From an uncultured Pseudomonadota bacterium (GTDB lineage: Bacteria > Pseudomonadota > Gammaproteobacteria > Competibacterales > Competibacteraceae), in the NCBI GenBank assembly GCA_963708455.1, contig CAVPSQ010000003.1, positions 241,442 to 305,441 of the forward strand: a stretch of 64,000 nt of DNA, in the 5' to 3' direction. The translations under genes were made by a program, and so were the position numbers. This document shows positions 9,730-20,881 of this stretch, piece by piece. The stretch's first letter is position 1, and each line of letters opens with the position of its first letter. Under the pieces are notes generated by a model. It was not told the origin of the DNA. It searched no databases and saw nothing but the letters and a program-made list of their open reading frames with translations.

Positions 9730-10074
9730 ATGACTGAACTTGTTGAGCAGTTGGACCTCACTGTCTATTCTATACAAGAGCTGAAAGCCCTGGTGGAAAG
9801 GGCGGAAAGACAAATCATCCTGAAAGAGCGCACGCGACTGGATGATGTCCGCAGCCAGATCGACAAACTGGCCGGCGGTTTGAACATGTCGGCCGAGGAA
9901 TTCATCCACTACGGCGGCGCGCGTGGCCGTCCGTCCGGCTTGGACGGTGACGCCAAATATCGCAATCCCGCCGATCCGACCCAGACCTGGAGCGGGCGCG
10001 GCAAGCGGCCACGCTGGCTGCAACAGGCGCTGGCGCAGGGCGCCCGGCTGGAGGATTTCGCCGTAAACCGTTAG
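9730..10074 (+). CDS. H-NS-like nucleoid-associated protein
   Basis: 114-aa ORF. It has an N-terminal coiled coil and the C-terminal DNA-binding signature YRNPADPTQTWSGRGKRPRWL. Confidence 0.85.
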   Translation: MTELVEQLDLTVYSIQELKALVERAERQIILKERTRLDDVRSQIDKLAGGLNMSAEEFIHYGGARGRPSGLDGDAKYRNPADPTQTWSGRGKRPRWLQQALAQGARLEDFAVNR

Positions 10075-10152
10075 CCCGACATGGCGTCGGCTCTAGCATC
10101 GGGCGCTGCTTGGGCTATAATTGTTTTTATGGTAGTGAGGAAGCACGAGCAA

Positions 10153-10226
10153 GCGGGTGTAGTTCAATGGTAGAACTTCAGCTTCCCAAGCTGATAGCGT
10201 GGGTTCGATTCCCATCACCCGCTCCA
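10153..10226 (+). tRNA. tRNA-Gly (anticodon CCC)
   Basis: Cloverleaf folded by hand: acceptor GCGGGTG/CACCCGC, anticodon stem TCAGC/GCTGA with loop TTCCCAA, T-arm GTGGG-TTCGATT-CCCAT, encoded CCA. Confidence 0.9.
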
Positions 10227-10232
10227 ATCACC

Positions 10233-10260
10233 GGTTGCGTTACGGCGCAACCTTTTTTTT
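10233..10260 (+). terminator. Rho-independent terminator after tRNA-Gly
   Basis: Hairpin GGTTGCG-ttacgg-CGCAACC followed by T8. Confidence 0.75.
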
Positions 10261-10281
10261 GCCCTGTCCAGGGAGTCCCCT

Positions 10282-11086
<805 letters not shown>

Positions 11087-11189
11087 ACAGCGTGCGGTGG
11101 CTACAGTACAATCCGGCGCGCTTCAATCAATCCATGCGGGCGGGAACGGCTCAACGCCGTTCCCGCTGTCTGTCTGCCAGGAGAGTCCT

Positions 11190-12326
11190 TTGCGGAAACC
11201 AGCACTCTTAGCCCTGCAGGACGGCAGCCTGTTCTGGGGCAAGGCCATCGGCAGCGAGGGCGCAACCCACGGTGAAGTCGTTTTCAATACCGCCATCACG
11301 GGCTATCAGGAAATATTGACCGATCCTTCCTACTGCCGGCAGATCGTCACGCTGACCTACCCGCATATCGGCAACGTAGGCGCCAACCGGGGCGACGAGG
11401 AAGCACCCGCCATCCACGCCAGCGGACTGGTTATCAGAGATTGTCCACCGCTGGCCAGTAACTGGCGCAAGGAACAGCCGCTGGACGTCTATCTGCGCGA
11501 GCGCAAGGTGGTGGCCATCGCTGGCATCGACACCCGCCGGTTGACCCGGTTGCTGCGTGAGCAGGGCGCCCAGAACGGCTGCATCATGGCCGGTGACGGC
11601 ATCGACGTGGCGGCCGCGGTGGCCTCGGCCCGCGCCTTTCCCGGCCTCAAGGGCATGGATCTGGCCAAAGTGGTCAGCGTCACCGCGCCTTACGAATGGA
11701 CCGAGGGTGCCTGGCAGATAGCGCACAACGGCTACGCGCGGCCGTCCAGTCTCAGCTATCATGTGGTTGCCTACGATTACGGCGTCAAGCGCAATATCCT
11801 GCGACTGCTGGTCGAGCATGGGGCCCGGGTGACGGTGGTTCCGGCCCAGACCCCGGCGGCGCAAGTGCTGGCGCTGGAGCCGGATGGCGTGTTTCTCTCC
11901 AACGGTCCGGGCGATCCGGAGCCGTGTGATTATGCCATTCGGGCGATCGCCGAACTGCTCGACGCCGACCTGCCGCTGTTCGGTATCTGTCTGGGCCATC
12001 AATTGCTGGGGCTGGCCAGCGGCGCCCGCACTGTCAAAATGAAATTCGGCCATCACGGTGCCAACCATCCGGTGCAGGAGTTGGCTACCGGGCGGGTGCT
12101 GATCAGCAGCCAGAATCACGGCTTCGCCGTGGATGAAGCCAGTCTGCCCGGCTGTCTGCGGCCGACTCACCGCTCGCTGTTCGACGGTTCCCTGCAAGGC
12201 ATCGCCCACACCGACCGTCCGGCGTTCAGTTTTCAGGGACATCCGGAAGCCAGTCCCGGTCCGCACGATGTCGCGCCTTTGTTCGCACGCTTCGCCGCGC
12301 TGCTGGCGGCTCGGCGGCGCGCCTGA
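11190..12326 (+). CDS. carA: Carbamoyl-phosphate synthase small (glutaminase) subunit
   Basis: ORF 11097..12326. TTG at 11190 is preferred as the start because AGGAGA lies 6 nt upstream and the N-terminus [21 protein letters not shown] matches CarA. The catalytic GICLGHQLL block is present. Confidence 0.9.
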   Translation: MRKPALLALQDGSLFWGKAIGSEGATHGEVVFNTAITGYQEILTDPSYCRQIVTLTYPHIGNVGANRGDEEAPAIHASGLVIRDCPPLASNWRKEQPLDVYLRERKVVAIAGIDTRRLTRLLREQGAQNGCIMAGDGIDVAAAVASARAFPGLKGMDLAKVVSVTAPYEWTEGAWQIAHNGYARPSSLSYHVVAYDYGVKRNILRLLVEHGARVTVVPAQTPAAQVLALEPDGVFLSNGPGDPEPCDYAIRAIAELLDADLPLFGICLGHQLLGLASGARTVKMKFGHHGANHPVQELATGRVLISSQNHGFAVDEASLPGCLRPTHRSLFDGSLQGIAHTDRPAFSFQGHPEASPGPHDVAPLFARFAALLAARRRA

Positions 12327-12372
12327 CCGCAGGCGGCGCGGGCGGCGCCGGCTTCCCCGCTTAGGTAGAGAT

Positions 12373-15300
12373 ATGCCGAAACGTACCGATCTTAAGAGTA
12401 TTCTCCTCATCGGCGCCGGTCCGATCGTTATCGGCCAGGCCTGTGAATTCGACTACTCTGGCGCCCAGGCCTGCAAGGCGCTGCGCGAGGAAGGCTATCG
12501 GGTTATCCTGGCCAACTCCAACCCGGCCACCATCATGACCGACCCGAATATGGCCGACGCCGTCTACATCGAACCGCTGACCTGGCAGACGCTGGCCCGG
12601 ATCATCGAGCACGAGCGTCCGGACGCGCTGCTGCCCACGATGGGCGGCCAGACCGCGCTGAACTGCGCCCTGGAACTGGTCACTGAAGGCGTGTTGCACC
12701 GCTTCGGGGTGGAGTTGATCGGCGCCTCCCAGGACGCCATCGATATGGCGGAGAACCGCGAGCGTTTCCGCCAGGCCATGCACGCCATCGGTCTGGAAAC
12801 GCCGCGTTCGCTGATCGCCTACAGTCTGCACGAGGCCATGGCAGCCCAGCAGCAGATCGGTTTTCCGATTATCATCCGGCCCTCGTTCACGCTGGGCGGC
12901 AGCGGCGGCGGCATCGCCTATAACCACGACGAGTTCGCCGAAATCGTCGAGCGGGGCCTGGATCTGTCCCCGATTCACGAGGTGCTGCTGGAGGAATCGG
13001 TGCTGGGGTGGAAGGAATTCGAGATGGAGGTGGTGCGGGATCATAACGACAACTGCATTATCGTCTGTTCTATCGAGAACCTGGACCCGATGGGCGTGCA
13101 CACCGGCGATTCGATCACGGTCGCGCCGGCGCAGACGCTGACCGACAAGGAATATCAGCGGATGCGCGACGCCTCCATCGCCGTGCTGCGCAAGATCGGC
13201 GTCGATACCGGCGGCTCCAACGTGCAGTTCGCCATCGATCCGCATAACGGTCGCATGGTCATCATCGAGATGAATCCCCGCGTCTCCCGCTCCTCGGCGC
13301 TGGCTTCCAAGGCGACCGGCTTTCCCATCGCCAAGGTGGCCGCCAAGCTGGCGGTCGGCTACACGCTGGACGAACTGCGCAACGAAATCACCGGCGGCGC
13401 CACTCCGGCCTCCTTCGAGCCGACCATCGACTATGTGGTCGCCAAGGTGCCGCGCTTCAATTTCGAAAAATTCCCCCAGGCCAACAACCGCCTGACCACG
13501 CAGATGAAATCGGTGGGGGAGGTGATGGCCATAGGCCGCACCTTGCAGGAAGCCTTGCAGAAAGCCTTGCGCGGTCTGGAAATCGGCACGGACGGTTTTA
13601 ACGAAATCCTGGCCGGACATCCCGACGCTCAGGCGGCGCTCAAGCACGAGCTGGGCCTACCAGGTCCGCAGCGCCTCTGGTATGTAGCCGAGGCGTTTCG
13701 GCTGGGCTACTCGCTGGAGGCGCTGTACGAGCGTACCTGGATCGATCCCTGGTTCCTGGCGCAGATCGAGGAGCTGGTCACTCTCGCCGAGCAGGTCCGC
13801 GGGCAGGAACTCGCGGCCCTCGATCGGGAGCGGCTGTATTTCCTGAAACGCAAAGGCTTTGCCGACAGCCGGCTGGCGACGCTGCTGGAGACCACGGAAA
13901 GCGCTATCCGCGACCTGCGCTGGCAATGGCATATCCATCCGGTGTACAAGCGGGTGGATTCCTGCGCTGCCGAGTTCGCCACCTCCACGGCCTATATGTA
14001 TTCCACTTATGAAGAGGAATGCGAAGCCGCTCCAACCGACCGGCGCAAAATCATGGTGCTGGGCGGCGGCCCCAACCGCATCGGCCAGGGCATCGAATTC
14101 GATTACTGCTGCGTGCATGCGGCGCTGGCGCTGCGCGAGGATGGTTACGAGACCATCATGGTCAACTGCAATCCGGAAACGGTATCCACCGATTTCGATA
14201 CCTCCGATCGGCTGTATTTCGAACCGCTGACGCTGGAGGACGTGCTGGAAATCATCGCCAAGGAGCAGCCCGAAGGCGTAGTGGTGCAATACGGCGGGCA
14301 AACGCCGTTGAAGCTGGCCAGACCGTTGGCGGCGGCCGGCGCGCCTATTATCGGTACGTCGCCCGACGCCATTGACCGGGCCGAGGACCGCGAGCGGTTT
14401 CAGGTAATGATCGAGCAACTGGCGCTACGCCAGCCGCCCAACCGCACGGCGCGGGACGCCGACAGCGCGGTGCGGCTGGCGGCCGAGATCGGCTATCCAC
14501 TGGTGGTGCGGCCTTCCTATGTGCTCGGCGGGCGGGCGATGGAAATCGTGCATAACGAGCAGGATCTGCGCCGTTATATGCACGAGGCGGTGCAGGTGTC
14601 CAACGATTCGCCGGTGCTGCTGGACCGGTTTCTGAGCGACGCCGTGGAAGTGGATGTGGACGCGGTCTGCGACGGCACGGCCGTGGTGATCGGCGGCATC
14701 ATGGAGCATATCGAAGAGGCCGGCATCCATTCGGGCGATTCCGCCTGTTCGTTGCCGCCCCATTCCCTCAATGCGGACGTGCAGGACCGGCTGCGCGAGC
14801 AGGTGACGCGGATGGCCCTGGAACTGGGCGTGGTGGGACTGATGAACACCCAGTTCGCCATCCAGAATGGCGAGATTTACGTACTGGAAGTCAATCCCCG
14901 CGCCTCCCGCACCGTACCCTATGTCTCCAAAGCTACCGGCCGGCCGCTGGCCAAGATCGCCGCCCGCTGCATGGTGGGACGCCGCCTGGCTGAACAGGGC
15001 ATCAGCGGAGAGATCGTACCCGGCTACTATGCCGTCAAGGAGTCGGTGTTTCCCTTCGTGAAATTTCCCGGCGTCGATCCGCTACTCGGTCCCGAAATGA
15101 AATCCACTGGCGAGGTGATGGGCGTCGGTCGCTGCTTCGGCGAAGCCTTCGCCAAGGCGCAGCTTGCGGCGGGTAATCCTGTGCCCACCGAAGGCAGAGC
15201 CTTCCTCAGCGTGCGCGATGTCGATAAGGGTAAAATTATCGCCATCGCCCGCACCCTGCGGCAGCACGGCTTCGCGCTGGTCGCCACGCGCGGCACCGCA

Positions 15301-15594
15301 GCCGCACTGCAAACCGCCGGACTGGATTGCCAGACGGTGCACAAAGTCGGCGAAGGCCGTCCCCACATCGTGGACATGATCAAGAACAACGAAATCGTCC
15401 TGATCATCAACACCACGGAAGGCAGGCAGGCGATCGCCGATTCGTTTTCCATCCGGCGGGAAGCCCTCATGCGTAAGGTAAGCTATACGACTACGCTGGC
15501 CGGGGCCAAGGCCACTTGTCTAGCGCTCGACTATCTGGAGGACGGCAAATCCGTCTACTCTCTTCAGGCATTGCATCAGGAGTTGCCGGCATGA
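12373..15594 (+). CDS. carB: Carbamoyl-phosphate synthase large subunit
   Basis: In-frame ATG at 12373 gives [30 protein letters not shown], the canonical CarB N-terminus. The duplicated ATP-grasp halves are visible (second half starts [22 protein letters not shown]). Confidence 0.95.
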   Translation: MPKRTDLKSILLIGAGPIVIGQACEFDYSGAQACKALREEGYRVILANSNPATIMTDPNMADAVYIEPLTWQTLARIIEHERPDALLPTMGGQTALNCALELVTEGVLHRFGVELIGASQDAIDMAENRERFRQAMHAIGLETPRSLIAYSLHEAMAAQQQIGFPIIIRPSFTLGGSGGGIAYNHDEFAEIVERGLDLSPIHEVLLEESVLGWKEFEMEVVRDHNDNCIIVCSIENLDPMGVHTGDSITVAPAQTLTDKEYQRMRDASIAVLRKIGVDTGGSNVQFAIDPHNGRMVIIEMNPRVSRSSALASKATGFPIAKVAAKLAVGYTLDELRNEITGGATPASFEPTIDYVVAKVPRFNFEKFPQANNRLTTQMKSVGEVMAIGRTLQEALQKALRGLEIGTDGFNEILAGHPDAQAALKHELGLPGPQRLWYVAEAFRLGYSLEALYERTWIDPWFLAQIEELVTLAEQVRGQELAALDRERLYFLKRKGFADSRLATLLETTESAIRDLRWQWHIHPVYKRVDSCAAEFATSTAYMYSTYEEECEAAPTDRRKIMVLGGGPNRIGQGIEFDYCCVHAALALREDGYETIMVNCNPETVSTDFDTSDRLYFEPLTLEDVLEIIAKEQPEGVVVQYGGQTPLKLARPLAAAGAPIIGTSPDAIDRAEDRERFQVMIEQLALRQPPNRTARDADSAVRLAAEIGYPLVVRPSYVLGGRAMEIVHNEQDLRRYMHEAVQVSNDSPVLLDRFLSDAVEVDVDAVCDGTAVVIGGIMEHIEEAGIHSGDSACSLPPHSLNADVQDRLREQVTRMALELGVVGLMNTQFAIQNGEIYVLEVNPRASRTVPYVSKATGRPLAKIAARCMVGRRLAEQGISGEIVPGYYAVKESVFPFVKFPGVDPLLGPEMKSTGEVMGVGRCFGEAFAKAQLAAGNPVPTEGRAFLSVRDVDKGKIIAIARTLRQHGFALVATRGTAAALQTAGLDCQTVHKVGEGRPHIVDMIKNNEIVLIINTTEGRQAIADSFSIRREALMRKVSYTTTLAGAKATCLALDYLEDGKSVYSLQALHQELPA

Positions 15595-16073
15595 CTCAAC
15601 AGCGGGTGCCGATGACTGCTGCCGGTGCCGCCAAGTTGCGGACCGAATTGCAGCAACTCAAGAACGTAGCCAGACCACAGGTTATCACGGCCATCGCCGA
15701 AGCTCGGGCGCATGGCGATTTGCGGGAAAACGCCGAGTACCATGCGGCGCGCGAGCAGCAGAGCTTCATCGAAGGTCGTATCGCCGATCTGGAGTACAAG
15801 CTGTCGCATGCTCATATCATCGATGTGAGCAGCCTGTCGCCTTCCGATAAAGTGGTGTTCGGCGCCAAGGTCTGTCTGGCCGACGAAGACAGTGGTGAGG
15901 AGTTGCAATATCAGATCGTTGGCGAGGACGAGGCCGATATCAAAGCCGGTCTGATCTCGGTCAATTCGCCTATCGCCCGCGCGCTGATCGGCAAATTCGA
16001 GGGCGATCAGGTCGATGTGCAAACCCCCGGTGGCACCAAGACCTACGAAATCGTGCAAGTTTCCTATGTGTAG
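15591..16073 (+). CDS. greA: Transcription elongation factor GreA
   Basis: ATG at 15591 overlaps the carB stop (ATGA). Sequence [24 protein letters not shown] ... [19 protein letters not shown] is typical of GreA. Confidence 0.9.
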   Translation: MTQQRVPMTAAGAAKLRTELQQLKNVARPQVITAIAEARAHGDLRENAEYHAAREQQSFIEGRIADLEYKLSHAHIIDVSSLSPSDKVVFGAKVCLADEDSGEELQYQIVGEDEADIKAGLISVNSPIARALIGKFEGDQVDVQTPGGTKTYEIVQVSYV

Positions 16074-16104
16074 GACGCAGGGCTGAGCGGTGATAGGACC
16101 CTGG

Positions 16105-16881
16105 ATGCGGATCGTTCTGCTGGTTATCGGCCTGCTCACCGGGTTGGGTGGCGGACTGGCGCGGGCGGATTTGCCCGACGTGGTCGCGAAAGTACGCCCG
16201 GCGGTGATCGGCGTAGGTACTGTGCTGCCCAGTCGCCGGCCGCCGGCCATATTCAGGGCGACCGGTTTCGCGGTGGCGGACGGCCGTTATGTGCTGACCA
16301 ACGCCCATGCCGTTGCCACTGATCTGAACGTCCAGCAGAATGAATCGCTGGCGATCTTCAGCGGTCGTGGACAGCAGTTCCAGGTCCATCCGGCGACGGT
16401 GGTCGCCACCGATCCCGAACATGATCTGGCCCTGCTCAGAATTGAGGGTAATCCCCTGCCCGTTTTGGGTCTGGACTGGTCGTCCCGGGTGCGGGAAGGG
16501 CAGGCGGTGGCGTTCACCGGTTTTCCCATCGGACTGATACTGGGCCTGTATCCGGTCACCAATCTGGGCATTGTATCGGCGCTCACGCCGATTGCGATTC
16601 CGCAGCTTTCCTCCGGCCAGCTCAATCCGACCTTGATCAACCGGCTCAAAGATCCGTTCGAGGTCATCCAACTGGACGCCATCGCCTATCCCGGCAATAG
16701 CGGCAGTCCGCTGTACGATCCCCGCAGCGGACGGGTGCTGGGGGTGGTCAACAGCGTCTTTGTCAAGGAAAGCAAGGAGGCGGTGTTGCAGAATCCCAGC
16801 GCCATCACCTATGCGATTCCCATCGAGTACGCGAAGGCGCTGTTGCAGAAGGCCGGCGCCGGCCTGCGTCAAGCCGATTGA
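16105..16881 (+). CDS. Secreted trypsin-like (S1 family) serine protease
   Basis: ORF 16090..16881. ATG at 16105 gives the signal peptide MRIVLLVIGLLTGLGGGLARA. Catalytic triad contexts are TNAHAV, HDLALL and GNSGSP. Confidence 0.8.
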   Translation: MRIVLLVIGLLTGLGGGLARADLPDVVAKVRPAVIGVGTVLPSRRPPAIFRATGFAVADGRYVLTNAHAVATDLNVQQNESLAIFSGRGQQFQVHPATVVATDPEHDLALLRIEGNPLPVLGLDWSSRVREGQAVAFTGFPIGLILGLYPVTNLGIVSALTPIAIPQLSSGQLNPTLINRLKDPFEVIQLDAIAYPGNSGSPLYDPRSGRVLGVVNSVFVKESKEAVLQNPSAITYAIPIEYAKALLQKAGAGLRQAD

Positions 16882-16918
16882 CGGCGGCGCCGTCAATCAT
16901 TACCATACTGCGTCCATC

Positions 16919-16993
16919 GGGCGATTAGCTCAGCGGGAGAGCACTGCCTTCACACGGCAGGGGTCGCTGGTTCGATCCCAGCATCGCCCACCA
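16919..16993 (+). tRNA. tRNA-Val (anticodon CAC)
   Basis: Acceptor GGGCGAT/ATCGCCC, anticodon stem CTGCC/GGCAG with loop TTCACAC, T-loop GGTTCGATCC, encoded CCA. Confidence 0.9.
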
Positions 16994-17122
16994 TCGAATC
17001 AAGCACTTAGCCTGTCCAGGTGGGTCTTGTCTGTATCCAGCGTGATCCGATCGTGGCGATCCAGCACCTGCACGATGACTTTCAATTGGTCCGGCAACCA
17101 GTGCGCGTAGACCCGTTCTCCG

Positions 17123-17269
17123 TCACCCGTAGGTCGGCATGGCGGAACAGTTTGGCAACTTCTCAACCCCCTGACGCACCCAGTCCGCAACAGAACACCC
17201 CTGGGCTGTGGCCAATTCCCGCAGTTGCCTGGCTTGGTCGTCGGTCAGTCGAATCTGCGCCTGTTGCAT
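17123..17269 (-). CDS. Small ribbon-helix-helix (CopG-like) protein, possibly a decayed antitoxin
   Basis: Own translation: MQQAQIRLTDDQARQLRELATAQGCSVADWVRQGVEKLPNCSAMPTYG. It shows the RHH pattern (beta strand IRLTDDQ followed by two helices). A second overlapping frame continues to 16999, which suggests a frameshifted longer gene. Confidence 0.4.
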   Translation of the reverse strand: MQQAQIRLTDDQARQLRELATAQGCSVADWVRQGVEKLPNCSAMPTYG

Positions 17270-17280
17270 AGGTTTTACCT

Positions 17281-17578
17281 AGGCTGTTGAATCTGGCTAA
17301 TTTTAATCAGCATTTGTTCATGCATAAATCATGTTATAGTCTCGCTAATGGTTATCCAGACATTCGTTGCCGTTGGCACCCTGGGAGCGCCGCACCCCAG
17401 TGCGGCTTTTAAATGCCGCACTGGGGTGCGGCGCTCCCAGGGGTATCACTGCATAGGTCCGGTTCTCAATTAGCCGAACTATAATCTAGGGTGCGTCCTA
17501 CGCACCAAAGCCTGCTTGATCAGTGCAGCAAAGTTGCATGAAGAAAATCCAGAGGAATTGGTACAAATTCAACAGCCT
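17281..17578. mobile_element. MITE-like non-autonomous element (298 bp)
   Basis: Perfect terminal inverted repeats AGGCTGTTGAAT (17281-17292) and ATTCAACAGCCT (17567-17578). They are flanked by the direct repeat AGGTTTTACCT (17270-17280 and 17579-17589). An alternative reading is a 16-bp TIR with a TTT duplication. The element has no ORF and carries a perfect 28-bp inverted repeat at 17379-17406/17415-17442. Confidence 0.7.
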
Positions 17579-17588
17579 AGGTTTTACC

Positions 17589-18530
17589 TCATTGTATCTG
17601 GATATAGGTAGATGAGGGAAAATGCTCAGGAATCGGGTCAAACGGCTTATATTTCTCAGAGGACAGCCCATTTACATCCGCTTGAGGATTGTATTCTGGG
17701 AACACTTCCCGCAATACATTCTTACATTCATAATGTAAATGACTTAGGCAAACCAAAATCTTTACCTTTTCGTTGAAAATAAGGAATGCACGTAAGAGCG
17801 AGGTTTCTGCCCAATGGAGGAACGTTCGACAAACATCGCGTTGATAATCATATGGTAAATAAATGTCATGGAAATGCACAATCACGCCTTTACGCAAACG
17901 AGGAAGCACTTCTAGAATGAGATAATTTACATCGCTTCCTACTTTGACAGTATGCGATGAGTCAATGAATAGTAGGTCATTCTCTTCCAACTCGGTGAAT
18001 ACTTCAAATGGTACGGTTTGGACTTGTTGAATTATGAGTTCAATCCCTGGCAAAGTCTTGAGTCTATTGGAAGGATATGGCTCGATGGAAATGATTTTGG
18101 AGTTTTGTCCTGTTTCCTTGCCATTCATCTCGGAAGCCTTCATCATACAATAAGTAGACACTCCGCTTCCTACTTCCACTATCCGTTTGGGTTTGTAGTG
18201 TCTGATGAAACCATGCAGGGCTTGGGCTTCGATGTAACCATATCCTGGGCCAAAATGGTCTGCTACGGCTTCCTTGTAAAATTTATTGCCTGCGTACTCG
18301 CTTTGGTGTGGCATACAGATGACTCGCAGATTGGCGGCCTGCTCATCTAAGTTAACTGAAACTCCTGGCAGTTCTGATTTCTTAGCCCAGACATCACGGG
18401 TTCTTTGCAATCCAAGGATATTCGGGACAGGCGAATAGTAGTGGACTGGAAGAATATGAATCCCGAATCTAATCCCCAGTTTGTGAACACCCAGTATGGC
18501 ACGTTTGATCGCGTTTCTATTGACTTTCAT
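17589..18530 (-). CDS. Class I SAM-dependent methyltransferase, low-GC
   Basis: 313-aa ORF in a tract of about 40% GC. Motif I is IVEVGSGVSTYCM, with the acidic LLFIDSSH block downstream. Confidence 0.75.
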   Translation of the reverse strand: MKVNRNAIKRAILGVHKLGIRFGIHILPVHYYSPVPNILGLQRTRDVWAKKSELPGVSVNLDEQAANLRVICMPHQSEYAGNKFYKEAVADHFGPGYGYIEAQALHGFIRHYKPKRIVEVGSGVSTYCMMKASEMNGKETGQNSKIISIEPYPSNRLKTLPGIELIIQQVQTVPFEVFTELEENDLLFIDSSHTVKVGSDVNYLILEVLPRLRKGVIVHFHDIYLPYDYQRDVCRTFLHWAETSLLRAFLIFNEKVKILVCLSHLHYECKNVLREVFPEYNPQADVNGLSSEKYKPFDPIPEHFPSSTYIQIQ

Positions 18531-18581
18531 AACTACTCTCCTGCGGGCACATTTGAACCTGACAGAGCGGGCTACGGTTAC

Positions 18582-18686
18582 TCATCCTGGTTTTGTTGAA
18601 TGTTTAAACTGTCGATGGCTACCTTGAGTAGCAACCAAGTACCAACCATTCGCCTTAAGTATTTTGAGCATCTCACTAACTTTCAT
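18582..18686 (-). pseudogene. hicA: Truncated hicA-like toxin gene
   Basis: Own translation MKVSEMLKILKANGWYLVATQGSHRQFKHSTKPG then TGA. It matches the HicA N-terminus (GW..vrq.GSH..f.h). The in-frame stop is followed by VTVA.., which resembles the HicA continuation. Confidence 0.55.
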
Positions 18687-18777
18687 AAAAACAGAATAAA
18701 TCTCTCTGTCGCTAAAGTCAAAGCTGAGAGCGCCTAATCGGGATAGCAAAAGACCTCACGGGCTCCCGCTCCCACAC

Positions 18778-18912
18778 CTCGCCGATCGGGGTTTTCATCG
18801 AAATAGGTCCCTTGGCGATCTTCATAACTTTACGCACTTTATCTTCCGGCATCTCCATCCCCTGTACAGCCCGCCTAGAGCGCAATAGCGTCAACATATT
18901 GCGCCGCATGAA
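18778..18912 (-). pseudogene. Decayed fragment resembling sigma-70 (RpoD) region 3
   Basis: Within ORF 18718..19095: MEMPEDKVRKVMKIAKGPISMKTPIGE resembles the conserved RpoD segment M.MPEDK[IV]RKV.KIAKEPISMETPIGD. Upstream PVH.. also resembles IPVHMIE. The flanks are scrambled. Confidence 0.4.
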
Positions 18913-19165
18913 ACCCGCAGGGGATGTCTGCCGGCGTAGCTTGGTGGACCGGCCACGGCTGTACCCAACGTGCACCGGAGCAAAGCAGCGTAGCGTTCCC
19001 ACGGGCTGGACAGCCAGACCGCCAGGGGAGCAGCCTGCCCTAGCTGAATATAGGCCAGACAGACCAACACCCGGCGGGCGCGCTCCGGCGAACAATTATG
19101 ACCAGCCCGCCATTAGCTAGTAAACTACAACCAAGAACAAATTATGGCTTCCGAAGGAGGCGCTT

Positions 19166-20101
19166 ATGAAAATCTGCCTGGCGTTAGCGCATTGCTCTCC
19201 CGTTACGTTGTCCCACCGCGGCGGACTGTGCCTGTTGCTGTGGCTGCTGGCCGCCGCTACCTGGGCGGATGCGCCGACGCCGATCACGGCCGACGCCGTG
19301 GTGCTGATGAACCTGCAGGACGGGCAGGTTATTTTTTCCAAGCAACCCAACGAACCCCACGCGCCGGCCAGCACCACCAAAATATTGACCGCGCTGATCG
19401 CCCTGGAGCACTTGAACCTCAACGCCAAGGTGCCGGTCAGCGCCAGGGCTGCCAATGTTGAGCCGAGCCGGGTCGGACTGCAGGCCGGCGAGAATCTGTA
19501 CGCCGCGGATCTGCTTTACGGTCTGTTGCTCAAGTCCGGCAACGACGCCGCCGCAGCGCTGGCCGAGGCCGTCGCCGGCTCGGTCGAGAACTTCGCCGGA
19601 TTGATGAACGCCAAAGCCTGGGAACTGGGTGCACGCGACAGCCACTTCACCAATCCGCACGGCCTGCCCGACAAGCAACACGTCAGCAGCGCCTACGACA
19701 TGGCGCTGATCTTCCGCCAGGCCATGCATAATCCGGTGTTCGCCGAAATCGTGCGCACCCACAACGCCGATCTGCGGGTCGAGCCTCAGGACGCCAGCGG
19801 CGGCTGGCGGCTGATTTCCGTTCAAAACAGCAACCGGCTGCTCAAAGGCTACCAGGGAGCGGTGGGGGGTAAGACCGGCTTTACCCGCGCGGCCAAGAAC
19901 TGTTTCGTGGGGGAGGCCAGCCGGGCTGGCGTGCAACTGCTGGTGTCGGTGCTGGGCAGCGCGGGCAAGGTGGCCTTGTGGCGGGATGTGCGAGCGTTGC
20001 TGGATTATGGATTTTCACGCTACGGTCTGGCCCCGCCGACTGACATCACCACGGTGCTGACTGCCCATGCGGAGCCGCAAGGCGACGACCGGGGGGATTG
20101 A
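19166..20101 (+). CDS. D-alanyl-D-alanine carboxypeptidase (S11, PBP5/6-like)
   Basis: Signal peptide present. SxxK in PASTTKILT, SxN in LKSGND, KTG in GGKTGFT. RBS GGAGG lies upstream. Confidence 0.85.
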   Translation: MKICLALAHCSPVTLSHRGGLCLLLWLLAAATWADAPTPITADAVVLMNLQDGQVIFSKQPNEPHAPASTTKILTALIALEHLNLNAKVPVSARAANVEPSRVGLQAGENLYAADLLYGLLLKSGNDAAAALAEAVAGSVENFAGLMNAKAWELGARDSHFTNPHGLPDKQHVSSAYDMALIFRQAMHNPVFAEIVRTHNADLRVEPQDASGGWRLISVQNSNRLLKGYQGAVGGKTGFTRAAKNCFVGEASRAGVQLLVSVLGSAGKVALWRDVRALLDYGFSRYGLAPPTDITTVLTAHAEPQGDDRGD

Positions 20102-20194
20102 AAGCGCCAACGGCCTGGACCGCCGCGGCGTGGATGCCGACAGCAAACCGGCCTGAACGTCGCCTGCAACGGCTTCGTCCAGGCCGGTTACATG

Positions 20195-20236
20195 CACAAG
20201 CCACTAATCACAAGCCACTAATCACAAGCCACTATC
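20195..20236. repeat. Three tandem 14-bp units CACAAGCCACTAAT
   Basis: Units at 20195, 20209 and 20223; the last one ends ..TC. They lie in the convergent intergenic spacer. Confidence 0.9.
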
Positions 20237-20238
20237 CA

Positions 20239-20754
20239 CTAAGGAAAAGCGGGGATGGTCGGCTCAGTGCCCTCTACATGGGCTTCGGGATGATGCGACT
20301 TGACCAGTTCGGTGATTTCTTCCGCCCGGGTCTTGGGCACATCGATCATCATGAGCAGTTCCCCCTTCTCGATGGCGTCGTGGAACCGGTCCAACTGCCG
20401 GTTGGGCACCGACGCCCCTACCATGCTCGAGGCCCATGCGCCCAACCCGGCGCCCAGCAAACTGGTGGCCAGGATGGCGCCGCCGCCCAGCACCAGCCCG
20501 GCGGGCGGGAATGTGACCGCTGCGATGCCGGCCAGCAGGCCGGTGACGCCACCCGCCGCCAGACCGCGCTCCAGCGCTGGCACAAAATCGCTTTCCTCGA
20601 ACAGCCCCGCTTCCGGCAGATGCTCTTTTTCCAGTGGGGCATGGTCCTTGGCGACAATATGGATATGCCGCTCTTCGATGCGCGCCAGCAGCAGCTCATC
20701 GACGATCTTTTTGGCGCACTCCGCGTCGGGAAGTAGAAAGTAAAGTCTTCTCAT
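20239..20754 (-). CDS. Hypothetical membrane protein with a central Gly-rich TM hairpin
   Basis: 171-aa ORF. The central segment GLAAGGVTGLLAGIAAVTFPPAGLVLGGGAILATSLLGAGLGAW is flanked by soluble halves. The family was not identified with confidence. Confidence 0.55.
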   Translation of the reverse strand: MRRLYFLLPDAECAKKIVDELLLARIEERHIHIVAKDHAPLEKEHLPEAGLFEESDFVPALERGLAAGGVTGLLAGIAAVTFPPAGLVLGGGAILATSLLGAGLGAWASSMVGASVPNRQLDRFHDAIEKGELLMMIDVPKTRAEEITELVKSHHPEAHVEGTEPTIPAFP

Positions 20755-20881
20755 GAAATGTTCACCTCCAATGGGTGCCTGTGACTGTCAACGTGGACCT
20801 AGACTATAAAATGCATAATTAAATCCGCCGCGCTCTCCGTAGCGCCTCTCCATCCCATCTTCCCTGGCCGGATCGAGCACC

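Noticed and set aside
18913-19095. The GC-rich structured-looking sequence next to the RpoD-like fragment might be a group II intron or another ribozyme remnant.
   Set aside because: I found no recognisable domain V/VI consensus, no 5' GUGYG boundary and no reverse-transcriptase ORF.
16994-19140. An attL/attR-type direct repeat of the tRNA-Val 3' end that would delimit the low-GC islet.
   Set aside because: I could not find a second copy of the tRNA 3' segment (GGTTCGATCCCAGCATCGCCCACCA) by eye. No integrase is present either, so an integrative-island call is not supported.
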